From Nitrospinaceae bacterium (GTDB lineage Bacteria; Nitrospinota; Nitrospinia; Nitrospinales; Nitrospinaceae): a DNA stretch of 32,000 nt. The DNA lies in contig OZ250172.1 of the NCBI GenBank assembly GCA_965237905.1, positions 2,981,784-3,013,783 of the forward strand. The letters run 5' to 3'. Below, piece after piece: positions 1-11,611 of the stretch. Made by a program: the position numbers and the translations under genes. The first letter of the stretch is position 1. Each line of letters begins with the position of its first letter. The notes under the pieces were generated by a model that was not told where the DNA came from, did not search any database, and saw nothing but the letters and a program-made list of their open reading frames with translations.

Positions 1-1
1 G

Positions 2-2437
<2,436 letters not shown>

Positions 2438-2446
2438 GAGGAGAGG

Positions 2447-3211
2447 TCAGCGGACTTCCAGATTCTCCTGGCATTCGATGCAAAGTGCTGTCAAGGGCAG
2501 GATCTCCAGGCGCTTGAGGGTGATGTATTTGGAACAGTTATCACAGACCCCGTAGGTATCCCCCTTAATCTTAAAAAGAGCTTCCTCAACCATTCTCAAC
2601 TCATTTCTCTCCCGGCTGGAAAGTTGAAAAGCCATTTCCCGTCCTTCCAAGCTGGATGCCAGGTCTATTTCATTGCTGAAGGTAATGTCGTTAATGGTTC
2701 GCTCCACTTCCTTGGAAGAACGAAGCATCCCCATCAATCTTTTTCTGTCCTGATTCAACCGTTCCTGAATCTTTAAAATCCTCGGATCATCTTTTTTGAA
2801 AGGGGATCTCACAAACGGTTTGATTATTTCCTCTGGCGGTTCGACTACTTTTTTTGGAGCCGCTTTTTTAGGGACCGTTTTTTTGGGAACTACTTTTGCC
2901 ACTGCTTTTTTGGCCGGGGCTTTTTTGGCGCTTGCCTTCGGTTTCTTTTGGGCCTTGGCTTTTTTTACCGTTTTTTTGGCCGGGGCTTTTTTGGCGCTTG
3001 CCTTCGGTTTCTTTTGAGCCTTGGTTTTTTTCTTCGCCGTTTTTTTCGCAGTGCTTTTAGATTTCTTTTTCACGGTCGCTTTCTTTTTCTTGCTTTTACC
3101 CGCTTTTTTGGCATGGGTCCGCTTTTTGGCGGCAGAGGATTTCTTTTTCGTTGAAGTAGTTTTGGACTTCTTCACTTTTTTCTTAACTGCTTTTTTCTTT
3201 TTAACCGCCAC
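2447..3211 (-). CDS. DksA/TraR-family C4 zinc-finger protein with a ~130-aa Lys/Ala-rich, histone-H1-like N-terminal tail
   Basis: The C-terminus has CDNC-x17-CIEC, preceded by a coiled-coil-like region (ERNELRMVEEALFKIKGDTYGVC), as in DksA/TraR. The N-terminal half is almost entirely K/A/P/T/S. The gene is convergent with secA, 9 nt apart. Confidence 0.8.
   Translation of the reverse strand: MAVKKKKAVKKKVKKSKTTSTKKKSSAAKKRTHAKKAGKSKKKKATVKKKSKSTAKKTAKKKTKAQKKPKASAKKAPAKKTVKKAKAQKKPKASAKKAPAKKAVAKVVPKKTVPKKAAPKKVVEPPEEIIKPFVRSPFKKDDPRILKIQERLNQDRKRLMGMLRSSKEVERTINDITFSNEIDLASSLEGREMAFQLSSRERNELRMVEEALFKIKGDTYGVCDNCSKYITLKRLEILPLTALCIECQENLEVR
2906..3032. repeat. Tandem 66-bp (22-codon) duplication inside the K/A-rich tail
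   Basis: tggccggggcttttttggcgcttgccttcggtttcttttg.gccttgg occurs at 2911 and again at 2977 with 2 mismatches. It encodes KAQKKPKASAKKAPAKK twice. Confidence 0.85.
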
Positions 3212-3462
3212 TGTGGTGTCTCCAGATCAAGTTTTTTGATAGAAGATTAGATAGGAGTTCTAAATCAAATTGTGGTGATAATCGGGGGAATCCTGGCCGG
3301 AAATCACCTTCAATAGTCAAATAACCCCAATGAAATCAGTAATATAGGCTTGCTTGGGCCTAAAAACTGCCCTAAAGAGTATCATAGAAATTAAAAAGTA
3401 CAAGAAATTATATGCACGAGGATATTTTGCGGCCGCCGCTTCCGAGCCAATGGCAAATTCCA

Positions 3463-3753
3463 TTAAACTAACTCATAATCCACCACCACGGTTTCGAAAC
3501 AAAGGGATCGCGCCAACTGAATGACCGGCTGATGGACCTTATGCCCGGCATACGTCTCCAATCCCTGGCGGTTCTCAAAGTGAGTGGTCAGTACCAGGTC
3601 GAACGACCGGTCGGAGCCCTTGAAATCCTCCCCAACTTCAAGAAACTTCAGGGTTTCAATCTGGCCTTTCATTCCGTTCAGGGCGGATATCAGGGTTTTC
3701 AGATGGTTGGGGGATTTTTCCTTCAGTTTGAACATGACGATGTGTTTGATCAT
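3463..3753 (-). CDS. Dabb (stress-responsive dimeric alpha/beta-barrel) domain protein
   Basis: 96 aa. The pattern MIKHIVMFKLKE...LKFLEVGEDF...DLVLTTHFENRQGLETYAGHKVHQPV is typical of the Dabb family. Confidence 0.8.
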   Translation of the reverse strand: MIKHIVMFKLKEKSPNHLKTLISALNGMKGQIETLKFLEVGEDFKGSDRSFDLVLTTHFENRQGLETYAGHKVHQPVIQLARSLCFETVVVDYELV

Positions 3754-3810
3754 GGTGCCGCTCCTGTTTCAGGTGTCGCCGAGGGGATTGATTCGGGATG
3801 AGTTTATCCT

Positions 3811-3839
3811 CCCAGCCCACAATCGTGGCTGGGTTTTTT
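3811..3839 (+). terminator. Orphan hairpin resembling a rho-independent terminator
   Basis: Stem cccagcc (3811-3817), 9-nt loop, ggctggg (3827-3833), then T6 (3834-3839). It is oriented on the + strand, but no + strand gene ends upstream of it. Confidence 0.4.
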
Positions 3840-3909
3840 GAGAAATTCCCAGTATTATATAGGCTTTTGAGAAGCAAATTGTGAATTTATATTCAGAGGG
3901 TGGGCAGAC

Positions 3910-4632
3910 ATGTCCTGGTTACTTGGTGCTGGATTCGGATTTCTTCGTGGTGGGCCTCTTGGGGCCCTGGTGGGGGGAGCTGTCCAGTATGTGATGACAA
4001 AAAAAGTCCGGAAACTCATTCGTCGGGGACTGCCGGGGGTAGTGGACGAAACGACGTTCGTTACCTGTATTATTGTGGTGATGACCAAGCTGGCCATGGT
4101 CAAAGGCCATATGACCCCGAGAGAAGTGGAGACGATTTACCGGTTTTTTGTGAAAAATTTGAATTACTCGGAGAGCGATCTCGAATCCATTAACCAGGTT
4201 ATCCGTGAGACCTGCCGGGTCAATCCTGATCTGAATCCGGTCATCCAGAAATACAAGTCTTCGGCCCAGTCCATGTACCGGAGTCTTCTGCTGGTGTTGT
4301 CCTACCAGATCGCCCTGATCGAAGATTCACTCACACATGAGGTGCAGAAAGGTATCAACGAATTGGCCGGCCTGCTGGACATATCCTTTGAGGAGCATGA
4401 CCAAATCCGCCACAAGTATTCTCTGGATGTTTTGGTGACGCCCTATACGGTTCTGGGTGTTGCTTCGACGGCCACCAACGATGAAATTAAAAAGGCCTAC
4501 TGGCGGTTGGCCTCCCAATGTCATCCCGATAAAGTGGTGCATTTGGGAGAAGATCAGGTGGAAGAGGCGCACCTCAAGTTTCTTGAAATTCAGGAAGCGT
4601 ATCAGAAGCTGGGAAAAACGCGGAGTCTTTGA
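3910..4632 (+). CDS. djlA: DjlA-like membrane co-chaperone (Gly-rich N-terminal TM segment, TerB-like middle, C-terminal J domain)
   Basis: J domain: YTVLGVASTATNDEIKKAYWRLASQCHPDKV...LEIQEAYQKL. N-terminus: MSWLLGAGFGFLRGGPLGALVGGAV. The overall layout matches E. coli DjlA. Confidence 0.8.
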   Translation: MSWLLGAGFGFLRGGPLGALVGGAVQYVMTKKVRKLIRRGLPGVVDETTFVTCIIVVMTKLAMVKGHMTPREVETIYRFFVKNLNYSESDLESINQVIRETCRVNPDLNPVIQKYKSSAQSMYRSLLLVLSYQIALIEDSLTHEVQKGINELAGLLDISFEEHDQIRHKYSLDVLVTPYTVLGVASTATNDEIKKAYWRLASQCHPDKVVHLGEDQVEEAHLKFLEIQEAYQKLGKTRSL

Positions 4633-4635
4633 TTC

Positions 4636-5991
4636 TTACTTGGACGGAGATTCAACTGCTTTAGGTTTGGGTTCTGTGGGCTCGTCGTTCGCGGGGTCTG
4701 TATCCGCCGCTTCAGTGGGAGTTTGATGAGATGGCTTCGGCGGGTATTCGGATGCAATCTTCCGCACAATGATGGAATTGATTTTCCTTTTACTGGCTTC
4801 CTTGACGGTTAACCGGAAACCGTTGATGACAACCTGATCGCCTGCCGCCGGAATTTTTTCCAGATTCTCTATCATGAGTCCGGCCATGGTTTCATAATCC
4901 CCTTCCGGGAGATCCAGTTTCAATTCTTCATTAACAGACCCTATTTCCTTATCGCCATCAATAAGATAGCCATCCTTATCATAGATTTCATACTTCTTGA
5001 GGGGCTCGTCGTATTCATCTTCAATTTCTCCGACGATTTCCTCGACAATGTCCTCGATGGTGACAATACCGATACATCCGCCATATTCATCCACGACAAT
5101 GGCGAGATGCAAACCTCGTTGCTGAAGTTCCTTCAATAGATCATCCAGCTTTTTGTTGGGCGGCACGTAGTAGGCCGGGCGGATCATTTCGGTGATGGGG
5201 GAATCGTCCTCCGGTACGGTCAGCAAGTCGAAGGTATTCAAAATACCGATCAGATTAAATATCCGTTCGTGAAACACAGGGAGACGAGAAAACCCGGTTT
5301 CGTTGGAGATTTGATTGGCCTCACGCACCGTGGCTCCGTCGCTGATGGCGTAGGTCTGGATGAGGGGAACCATAACCTGATCGACGCGGAGTTCTCCGAA
5401 GTTAAAGATTCGGTGAATCATTTTCTTTTCATCAATATCCAACTCCGAGGACAGGGAATCGGGGTGAGAGATATAGCGAATCTGCTCCCGGCTGACCGGC
5501 GTTAAATTCACCTTATGGGCTCCCCTTAGAATCATACGCAGGAGGAAATTATAGATAGTGCTGAATAAGGTAATGATCGGCGACAAGATCCGGCAAAAGA
5601 AATTGAGTGGGTGGATAAAGAATTGCATGATGCTATCCGCCCGGTTTTGGAAAATAACTTTTGGGATGATTTCCCCGCCGAATAAAATAACGGGTGAAAT
5701 GATCAGCATGGAAACAAAGTCTCCCCATTGCTCGAAGCGGGTGATCATGAACCCTGTAAAAACGGCAGAAGCAGAGACCACGGCTATGTTGGTGCCCAGA
5801 GAAGTGGTGGCAAATAGCCTTTCCGGTTTGCCGATCAGATCGAGAATCATTTTTGCGGAAGCACTGCCTTCCTCAGACCGCTGTTCCATTTTGAAGCGGT
5901 TGATGGAGATCATCCCGATTTCACATCCCGAAAAGAACGCTTCGATCAGGATGCAGACGAGGACAATGATTAGTGTGGTGCCTAGTTCCAT
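4636..5991 (-). CDS. HlyC/CorC (CNNM) family transporter: DUF21 membrane domain, CBS pair and CorC_HlyC domain
   Basis: 451 aa. N-terminal TM helices, [10 protein letters not shown] and [34 protein letters not shown], and a C-terminal transporter-associated domain. Confidence 0.88.
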   Translation of the reverse strand: MELGTTLIIVLVCILIEAFFSGCEIGMISINRFKMEQRSEEGSASAKMILDLIGKPERLFATTSLGTNIAVVSASAVFTGFMITRFEQWGDFVSMLIISPVILFGGEIIPKVIFQNRADSIMQFFIHPLNFFCRILSPIITLFSTIYNFLLRMILRGAHKVNLTPVSREQIRYISHPDSLSSELDIDEKKMIHRIFNFGELRVDQVMVPLIQTYAISDGATVREANQISNETGFSRLPVFHERIFNLIGILNTFDLLTVPEDDSPITEMIRPAYYVPPNKKLDDLLKELQQRGLHLAIVVDEYGGCIGIVTIEDIVEEIVGEIEDEYDEPLKKYEIYDKDGYLIDGDKEIGSVNEELKLDLPEGDYETMAGLMIENLEKIPAAGDQVVINGFRLTVKEASKRKINSIIVRKIASEYPPKPSHQTPTEAADTDPANDEPTEPKPKAVESPSK

Positions 5992-7289
5992 TAGATTTTG
6001 GGCGCCTCCTTCGTCTCGGAAACTTTTGAGGGTTTAGGGCTGGATAGTGTCAAGTGAAGACTCATGATGCGTGCCCCCTTCATTTTTTCCACGCGAAATT
6101 TAAAACGGTCATACTTGATGCTTTCGCCGGAGCGGGGTACCCGACCAAACAAACCAAAAACGAATCCACCGATTGTGGTGATATCGCCATTAGGCAGTTG
6201 GCAGTTGAACGCTTCATTGAATTCAGAAATACTGCCGGTGGCGGTCAGGCGAAACCGTTTTTCGGTAATCTTGACGATCGGAATTTCCTCCTGCCTCATT
6301 TCGCTGTCGATTTCGCCCACCAGTTCTTCCAGGATATCTTCGAGGGTGACGAGGCCCGTAACGCTTCCAAATTCGTCCAGCACAATGGCCATATGACGTT
6401 TCATTTTTTTGAAATCCTGAAGCATGTCCTTGATTTTGCGGTTTTCCGGAACCGAAATGACAGGCTGAAGAATGCCTTTGAGGTTGAATTTGTCCTTTAA
6501 CTGCTGGCGATGGCGGTTCAATGCTTTGGTGAGCAGAATTCCCAGAACCGCTTCCTCATTTTCGTCATATACCGGAACGCGCGCATAGAAGTTCTCTAGA
6601 ATTTTCGGGAGGATTTCCTCCATCGTATCGTTTGCGTTCAACGTGAACATATCGATTTTTGGGGTCATCACATCGCCGACCGTTTTTTCGCCGAACTCCA
6701 TGACATTGTGAATCAGCTCGCTTTCTTCCGGATCGATCACTCCCTCGTTTTTTCCCAGTTTGACCATGCTGGTGAACTCTTCATCCGATATGCGGTCCTT
6801 CTTATTTTTGGGAAGAATACCGACCCAGGACATGATGGTTTCAGCCAGCCGGGTAAACAGTTTTTGGATGGGGAGGACCAGACGGTAAAACAGATTGAGC
6901 GGACGGGCCGCGAACAAGGCGAACTTTTCAGCGAAATTCAGTGACAGGGATTTGGGTACGATTTCCCCAAACAGGAGAATCAGGAAGGTGCCCACACCGA
7001 TGGCGATGGCGATACCCGCGTCCTCGAACAACTTGAGGGCGATCGAAGTGGCCAATGCGGATATGGCAATATTGACCAACTCATTCCCAATGTAGATGGT
7101 GATGAGTAGTTCCCGTGGTTTTTCGAGGAGAAGACTGATGAGTTGTCCACCCCGGCCTCGGGTTTCCTTCATGGAGGCCAGTTGGGCCTGGTTCAGGGAA
7201 AAGAATGCGGCCTCACAAGCTGCGAAAAAGGCCGAAAACCCCAAAAGGATACTGAGCAGAATGGACCGGGGTAATATTATGTCGTCCAA
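5991..7289 (-). CDS. HlyC/CorC (CNNM) family transporter, tandem paralog
   Basis: 432 aa with the same architecture (HMAIVLDEFGSVTGLVTLEDILEELVGEIDSE). Its TAA overlaps the downstream paralog's ATG by 1 nt (TAATG at 5989-5993). Confidence 0.88.
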   Translation of the reverse strand: MDDIILPRSILLSILLGFSAFFAACEAAFFSLNQAQLASMKETRGRGGQLISLLLEKPRELLITIYIGNELVNIAISALATSIALKLFEDAGIAIAIGVGTFLILLFGEIVPKSLSLNFAEKFALFAARPLNLFYRLVLPIQKLFTRLAETIMSWVGILPKNKKDRISDEEFTSMVKLGKNEGVIDPEESELIHNVMEFGEKTVGDVMTPKIDMFTLNANDTMEEILPKILENFYARVPVYDENEEAVLGILLTKALNRHRQQLKDKFNLKGILQPVISVPENRKIKDMLQDFKKMKRHMAIVLDEFGSVTGLVTLEDILEELVGEIDSEMRQEEIPIVKITEKRFRLTATGSISEFNEAFNCQLPNGDITTIGGFVFGLFGRVPRSGESIKYDRFKFRVEKMKGARIMSLHLTLSSPKPSKVSETKEAPKI

Positions 7290-7375
7290 AAGATGTATTT
7301 AGTTCCTAAATGAGCCGAAACCTGCGGCCTGCAACATGGAGCAACCTAGGCGGAAAAAGGAAACATATTGATATT

Positions 7376-8404
7376 TCAGCTTTCCCTTTTAAAGTGGTTG
7401 AACCCCATCGGCCTTTGGAGAACTTTACTACGACCGGTTTTCGATATCAGGCGAATGCCTTTCCTGACCGTAATCACTCCAATTTGAGTCACAGGTTGGT
7501 CGACTTTAGTAATGGACTCTATATCTAAATTATTAACATCTTCAGGGGCCAATGTAAATAATAATTCATAGTCTTCCCCTCCCCCCAGAGCCAATTCGAG
7601 GGCGGGTAAATCATTGATAAGGCTATACTTTGCAAGGGGTTTGGAGATCGGAACTTTGTCCTCCCAGAGCTCTGCGCCCGCATGATTTGCCTTCAGGATA
7701 TGCCCCAGATCCTGAGTCAATCCATCGCTGATATCGATCATCGATGTCACCTTATATTTGGATCGGGCCAGCCAGGCAGCCTCTTTCACACGGGGTTCCG
7801 GTTTGAGGTGCCGCTGGACACATTTTTTTTTATGGGCTTCCGAACCTTTCCACTTTTTCTTGGGAGACTCCAGAATTTTAAGACCCAGGGCGGAATCTCC
7901 CAGGGTTCCCGTCACGAAAATCCTGTCTCCCGGCCGGGCTCCCGAGCGGGTAAAAACTTTCTTTTTCAGGGTCTCTCCCAGCAGAGCCAGATTGATGAAC
8001 AGGTGCTTGGGGGAAGCCACCGTATCTCCGCCCACCAGAGCCACTTTATATTTCAGGGATGCCTGGTTGAGGCCTTTATAAAAACGATCCAGGAAATCGA
8101 CCGGAATCGAATTTGGAATGCCCACCGATATGACGGCAAATTTGGGTTGGCCTCCCATGGCGGCGATGTCGCTGATATTGACTGCCAGCGTTTTCCATCC
8201 TAATTGTTCCGGAGTGTGGGTTTTTAAATTAAAATGGACAGTTTCCACCAAAGCATCGGTCGTCAGAACTTGATAGTTGCCGTTGTTAAGGGACAGCACT
8301 GCGCAGTCATCGCCGATACCCTGGATGACTTGGGGAGAACGGTATTTAAGACGGGATTGAAACCGGGAAATTAGGCCAAATTCTCCTAATTTTGAAAGAT
8401 CCAT
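7376..8404 (-). CDS. thiL: Thiamine-monophosphate kinase
   Basis: 342 aa. GEFGLISRF...GIGDDCAVL...DALVETVHF...GGQP...VGGDT match the AIR-synthase-like ThiL pattern. Confidence 0.9.
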   Translation of the reverse strand: MDLSKLGEFGLISRFQSRLKYRSPQVIQGIGDDCAVLSLNNGNYQVLTTDALVETVHFNLKTHTPEQLGWKTLAVNISDIAAMGGQPKFAVISVGIPNSIPVDFLDRFYKGLNQASLKYKVALVGGDTVASPKHLFINLALLGETLKKKVFTRSGARPGDRIFVTGTLGDSALGLKILESPKKKWKGSEAHKKKCVQRHLKPEPRVKEAAWLARSKYKVTSMIDISDGLTQDLGHILKANHAGAELWEDKVPISKPLAKYSLINDLPALELALGGGEDYELLFTLAPEDVNNLDIESITKVDQPVTQIGVITVRKGIRLISKTGRSKVLQRPMGFNHFKRES

Positions 8405-8415
8405 GACAGGGTTTT

Positions 8416-8649
8416 TTAAATACCTTTTTTGAAAAAATCCCGGGCCATGGCATCGATATCCAATTTTTTATCGATTTTGATCGAAAGTTTGTCACCGACC
8501 TCAAACTGATACTTTTGGAATTCCTCCAGGCTGAAAGTCACTTCAATTTCATTTTCAGTCTGCTGGACCCATATGGTGACATCTCTTTCTACCTCTGCTT
8601 TATTGGGCGGGACGGAAGTTTGGGTAATTTCACCTTCCAATTGAATCAT
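8416..8649 (-). CDS. Small acidic hypothetical protein (77 aa)
   Basis: The ORF sits 11 nt upstream of thiL on the same strand. I recognised no motif. Confidence 0.45.
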   Translation of the reverse strand: MIQLEGEITQTSVPPNKAEVERDVTIWVQQTENEIEVTFSLEEFQKYQFEVGDKLSIKIDKKLDIDAMARDFFKKGI

Positions 8650-8757
8650 CTTAGGATTTCCTTATTAGTTTAAATAGATTGGCTTCTTAATGATTTTCCT
8701 TCATTTGGCTGCATATTGCTATTGAATTGTCGCGGAAGTCGGCTGGAAGTTAAACAA

Positions 8758-8790
8758 AAATTCCCCCCTGAACTTGCCAGGGGGGAATTT
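8758..8790 (-). terminator. Rho-independent terminator of the CBS gene
   Basis: Perfect 13-bp stem aaattcccccctg / caggggggaattt with a 7-nt loop. A T-rich run follows on the minus strand, 39 nt after the stop codon at 8829. Confidence 0.7.
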
Positions 8791-8828
8791 ATAAAGGTGA
8801 AGAATGGGTTTTAGCTGATAATCAAATC

Positions 8829-9227
8829 TTATTCCTGCATGCGAAAGTCCTTGGAGTAATAAGCAACCAGATCTTTGACCGATAGGACTCCTACGATTTT
8901 GTCATCATCCGTTATTGCCAAATGGCGGATTTTGTTTTTGTGCATGTATTGGTTGGCCTCTTCAATGGGCATATAACGATCCATAGATTCGATGGAGCCC
9001 ATAATATCAGAAACCTTCATCTCTTCCGGATTCGCCCCTTTGGCCAGCACTTTTTGGCTGAGTTCCCTTTCCGTGATGATACCGATGTCATCTCCATGTT
9101 CTTCAACGATGAGGCTTCCCACATGACTCTTTTCCATCAAAATCGCCGCATCCTGTACGGAAGATTCCGAATCAACTCTCAATACCGGGGAGGACATGTA
9201 TTCCCCCACTTCATCCATCGTATCCAT
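8829..9227 (-). CDS. Stand-alone CBS-pair domain protein
   Basis: Two CBS motifs (MSSPVLRV...GSLIVEE..DDIGIITERE and IRHLAITDDDKIVGVLSVKDL). I moved the start to the ATG at 9227 because AAGGGGG lies 5 nt upstream. The longer 187-aa ORF adds a non-domain extension. Confidence 0.75.
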   Translation of the reverse strand: MDTMDEVGEYMSSPVLRVDSESSVQDAAILMEKSHVGSLIVEEHGDDIGIITERELSQKVLAKGANPEEMKVSDIMGSIESMDRYMPIEEANQYMHKNKIRHLAITDDDKIVGVLSVKDLVAYYSKDFRMQE

Positions 9228-9418
9228 ACTGCCCCCTTGGTTTATATGTAAGAATATTGAACCCAATAAGGTAGATTTTGTGTCTTCAGTAATATGGGAT
9301 GATAATAGATGAGGTGCCATGGATTCAACAAAAATCGAAATCCCCGGGTCCGGGTCGACGGGGGACAGGCAAAATAAGATCAAACTTTTCAAGGGTTAAG
9401 GATCAGAGGGTAGGGGGG

Positions 9419-10057
9419 TTACTTGACTTCTTTTACCAACCAGGCGTGATATTTTTCTGCGGTGACGTGATGCCAGAAAACAGCCCCGATATTGAAATGA
9501 ACCAGCCAAGCACCCTGGTCCCCCTGTTGACAGAGTTTTTTCTGATACCGGTCCGTTATGACGGATACTTCTTCACAAGTGGTGGTGCTCCAGTAATAAT
9601 GACCGCGCCCGTCATCGAAAAGAGGATGTACCCAAGACTTCTGGCCGCTCACATTTTTCACCCGTTGTTTGTACATCAGGGTTTTGAGTTCCGGAAGGGT
9701 GGGGAGTCGCCAGCCGGGTGTGCCGTCGATATCGGCTCCGATGGCATAATCCTTTGCCATTTTAAGTGAATATTTATTCAGGTGGCCCTTCTTCGCCCAT
9801 TTCAGTTTGTTGACCGTATCCGTGATAGTTCCGTTCTTATTGTCGACAAACTTGGGAGTGGGCAAATTTTCCAGTTGTTTATCGGATACCTTTTTACATT
9901 CGGCGAGTAACGGGGCGGATCTGGGACATTGATTGAGAATATCAAAATGCCCCATGGTTTTTATCATAGTGCAGACCTTTGCCTTGGAGCATCTTGCCCA
10001 GGAGGAGGTGGGCCAAGCCACCAGGACTACTAGAATTAAGAAAAGAACCCGCATCAA
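9419..10057 (-). CDS. Secreted DUF1566 (Lcl C-terminal-like) domain protein
   Basis: Signal peptide MMRVLFLILVVLVAWPTSSWA. FVDNKNGTITDTVNKLKWAKK...GWRLPTLPELKTLM...YYWSTT matches the DUF1566 pattern. Confidence 0.7.
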   Translation of the reverse strand: MMRVLFLILVVLVAWPTSSWARCSKAKVCTMIKTMGHFDILNQCPRSAPLLAECKKVSDKQLENLPTPKFVDNKNGTITDTVNKLKWAKKGHLNKYSLKMAKDYAIGADIDGTPGWRLPTLPELKTLMYKQRVKNVSGQKSWVHPLFDDGRGHYYWSTTTCEEVSVITDRYQKKLCQQGDQGAWLVHFNIGAVFWHHVTAEKYHAWLVKEVK

Positions 10058-10184
10058 CCATCTCCTATTTATAAGGAATTTGGAAATCCAAACCGTGAAA
10101 TTTAAGGGGATACGTAAAAATCCTGGTCAGAATACAATATTTTTCAGGGAATATAAACGAATATTTAAACGGGTTTAGCACAGT

Positions 10185-11048
10185 TTAAAGGGCTTGAAGA
10201 ACCGCGTCCAGCCGCTCGAAAGCTTCTTTTCCTTTGAGGGGTAAAAGGTACTTCGTGCCGACAATGGAGTTGGCGGAAGGGTCCAGATTGATGTTGATCG
10301 CCGGTGCGCCCTGCCTCATGAACTCAAGGGCAAGATAATCGTTGGTGGGAACGGCGCCCGAACTTCCAACCAGAATCACCAAATCGACCGGCTCTCTCGC
10401 GAATGAATGAAAATTCTTTTCCTGCTCCGGGTGGCCGGTGTATTCCCCATCGCCAAACATCAGAATGTGCGGACGGGCGACGCCGCGGCAACGGGGGCAC
10501 TTGGGATACTTCGAGGCTTTCATGGTGTCGTGATCGAGATCGCACAGGGGAACCGAATCCTCCTGCCAGTAGGCATAAGAACAGACATTCAGGCACTGGA
10601 GCCGCCACATGGACCCGTGAACCTCTTTCACCTTGTCGGCGGGGCACCCCGACCGCAAATGATAGCCATCGGTATTGGTGGTGTGAATGAACGCGTCATC
10701 GAAATGTTCCTCGATCCATTTGTTGATAATGGTGTATCCAGCATGAGGCTGGTTTTCGTCGGCATTACGACGTCGCCATTCGTAAAACGCCCAGGCATGG
10801 GGAAGTTCGTTGCGGAAAGCCCAGGGGCTGGCCAAATCCTGCGCCTCCAACCCTTTTTCTTTGAAGGGTGGAAAATTACTCCAGTAACCCTCCTTGTCGC
10901 GGAAGGTGGGGATATTGGAATCGGCGCTCATGCCGGCGCTGGTGAGAAACACGACGCGCCGGGCGTCGTGGATCAGTTGGGCGCATTGTTTAATAAGTTG
11001 GTCAGTATCCATATCCGAGTTCAAAGTTCGCCATTCCTTTTCCCGCAA
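10185..11048 (-). CDS. SIR2-family NAD-dependent protein deacylase (canonical sirtuin)
   Basis: Motifs: SAGMSADSNIPTFR, TTNTDGYH, the catalytic HGS, zinc Cys pairs (CLNVC...CPRC), MFGDGE, VGSSGAV, NINLD. The start is uncertain: TTG at 11048 or ATG at 11012. Confidence 0.85.
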   Translation of the reverse strand: MREKEWRTLNSDMDTDQLIKQCAQLIHDARRVVFLTSAGMSADSNIPTFRDKEGYWSNFPPFKEKGLEAQDLASPWAFRNELPHAWAFYEWRRRNADENQPHAGYTIINKWIEEHFDDAFIHTTNTDGYHLRSGCPADKVKEVHGSMWRLQCLNVCSYAYWQEDSVPLCDLDHDTMKASKYPKCPRCRGVARPHILMFGDGEYTGHPEQEKNFHSFAREPVDLVILVGSSGAVPTNDYLALEFMRQGAPAININLDPSANSIVGTKYLLPLKGKEAFERLDAVLQAL

Positions 11049-11189
11049 AAGGTCCGCAAATTGTCGGTTAATATATTATTTGGCGGCTTACGATCTGTAT
11101 GATCGAACGTCTGCTTTTGCACCATAGGTGTTATCACGCAGAAACAGCTCAGAGATCAAAAACTCTGAAAAAGAATTGACGGAATAGAT

Positions 11190-11603
11190 TCATTTTTTTT
11201 CAAACAGGGCATCCAGAATCGGGCATTCGGGTATTACACCGCCTTCACACTGCGAAGAAATTTTAGCCAGTATTTTTTCCAGCTTTTTTAAATCCACAAT
11301 CTTCCGGCGAATATCTCCAAGATGATGAAGTGTGATCTTTTGCACTTGAACGCAGGTGTTTTCGCCACCATCAACCAACCTCAAGAGAGCCCGAATTTCT
11401 TCAAGTGAAAAACCCAGGCCCCTGCCACGGCGTATGAAAACCAGCCGCTTCAGGTGATTTTCACTATAAATCCGATGTCCACCTTCAGTTCGAGGTGGTT
11501 TTGGGAATATCGCAATCTTTTCGTAATAGCGGATTGTCTCAATCTTGCAGTGAGTGAGATCGGACAAAACTCCAATAGTTAATCTTTTTTCTCTATTTTG
11601 CAT
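11190..11603 (-). CDS. MerR-family metal-responsive transcriptional regulator (137 aa; Cys84, Cys119, Cys127)
   Basis: HTH: LTIGVLSDLTHCKIETIRYYEKIAIFPKPPRTEGGHRIYSENHLKRLVFIRRGRGLGFSLEEI. I chose the ATG at 11603, which has AAGGAG 5 nt upstream. The 229-aa ORF-track version would run into the divergent DUF169 gene. Confidence 0.85.
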   Translation of the reverse strand: MQNREKRLTIGVLSDLTHCKIETIRYYEKIAIFPKPPRTEGGHRIYSENHLKRLVFIRRGRGLGFSLEEIRALLRLVDGGENTCVQVQKITLHHLGDIRRKIVDLKKLEKILAKISSQCEGGVIPECPILDALFEKK

Positions 11604-11611
11604 AAAACTCC

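Noticed and set aside
2796-3239. Three overlapping + strand ORFs with Phe/Leu/Gly-rich products.
   Set aside because: They are the reverse-complement reading of the Lys/Ala-rich tail of the DksA-like gene. They are low-complexity artefacts.
10185-11048. The SIR2-domain protein considered as a possible anti-phage NADase effector.
   Set aside because: It carries the full canonical sirtuin motif set, including the zinc ribbon and catalytic HG. It is a single gene with no partner such as HerA, a TIR protein or pAgo. A housekeeping deacylase is the simpler reading.
10407-11102. 231-aa + strand ORF over the sirtuin gene. The 210-aa + strand ORF at 14795-15427 over the HD gene is a similar case.
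   Set aside because: Both are antisense shadows of well-supported minus-strand genes in GC-rich sequence.
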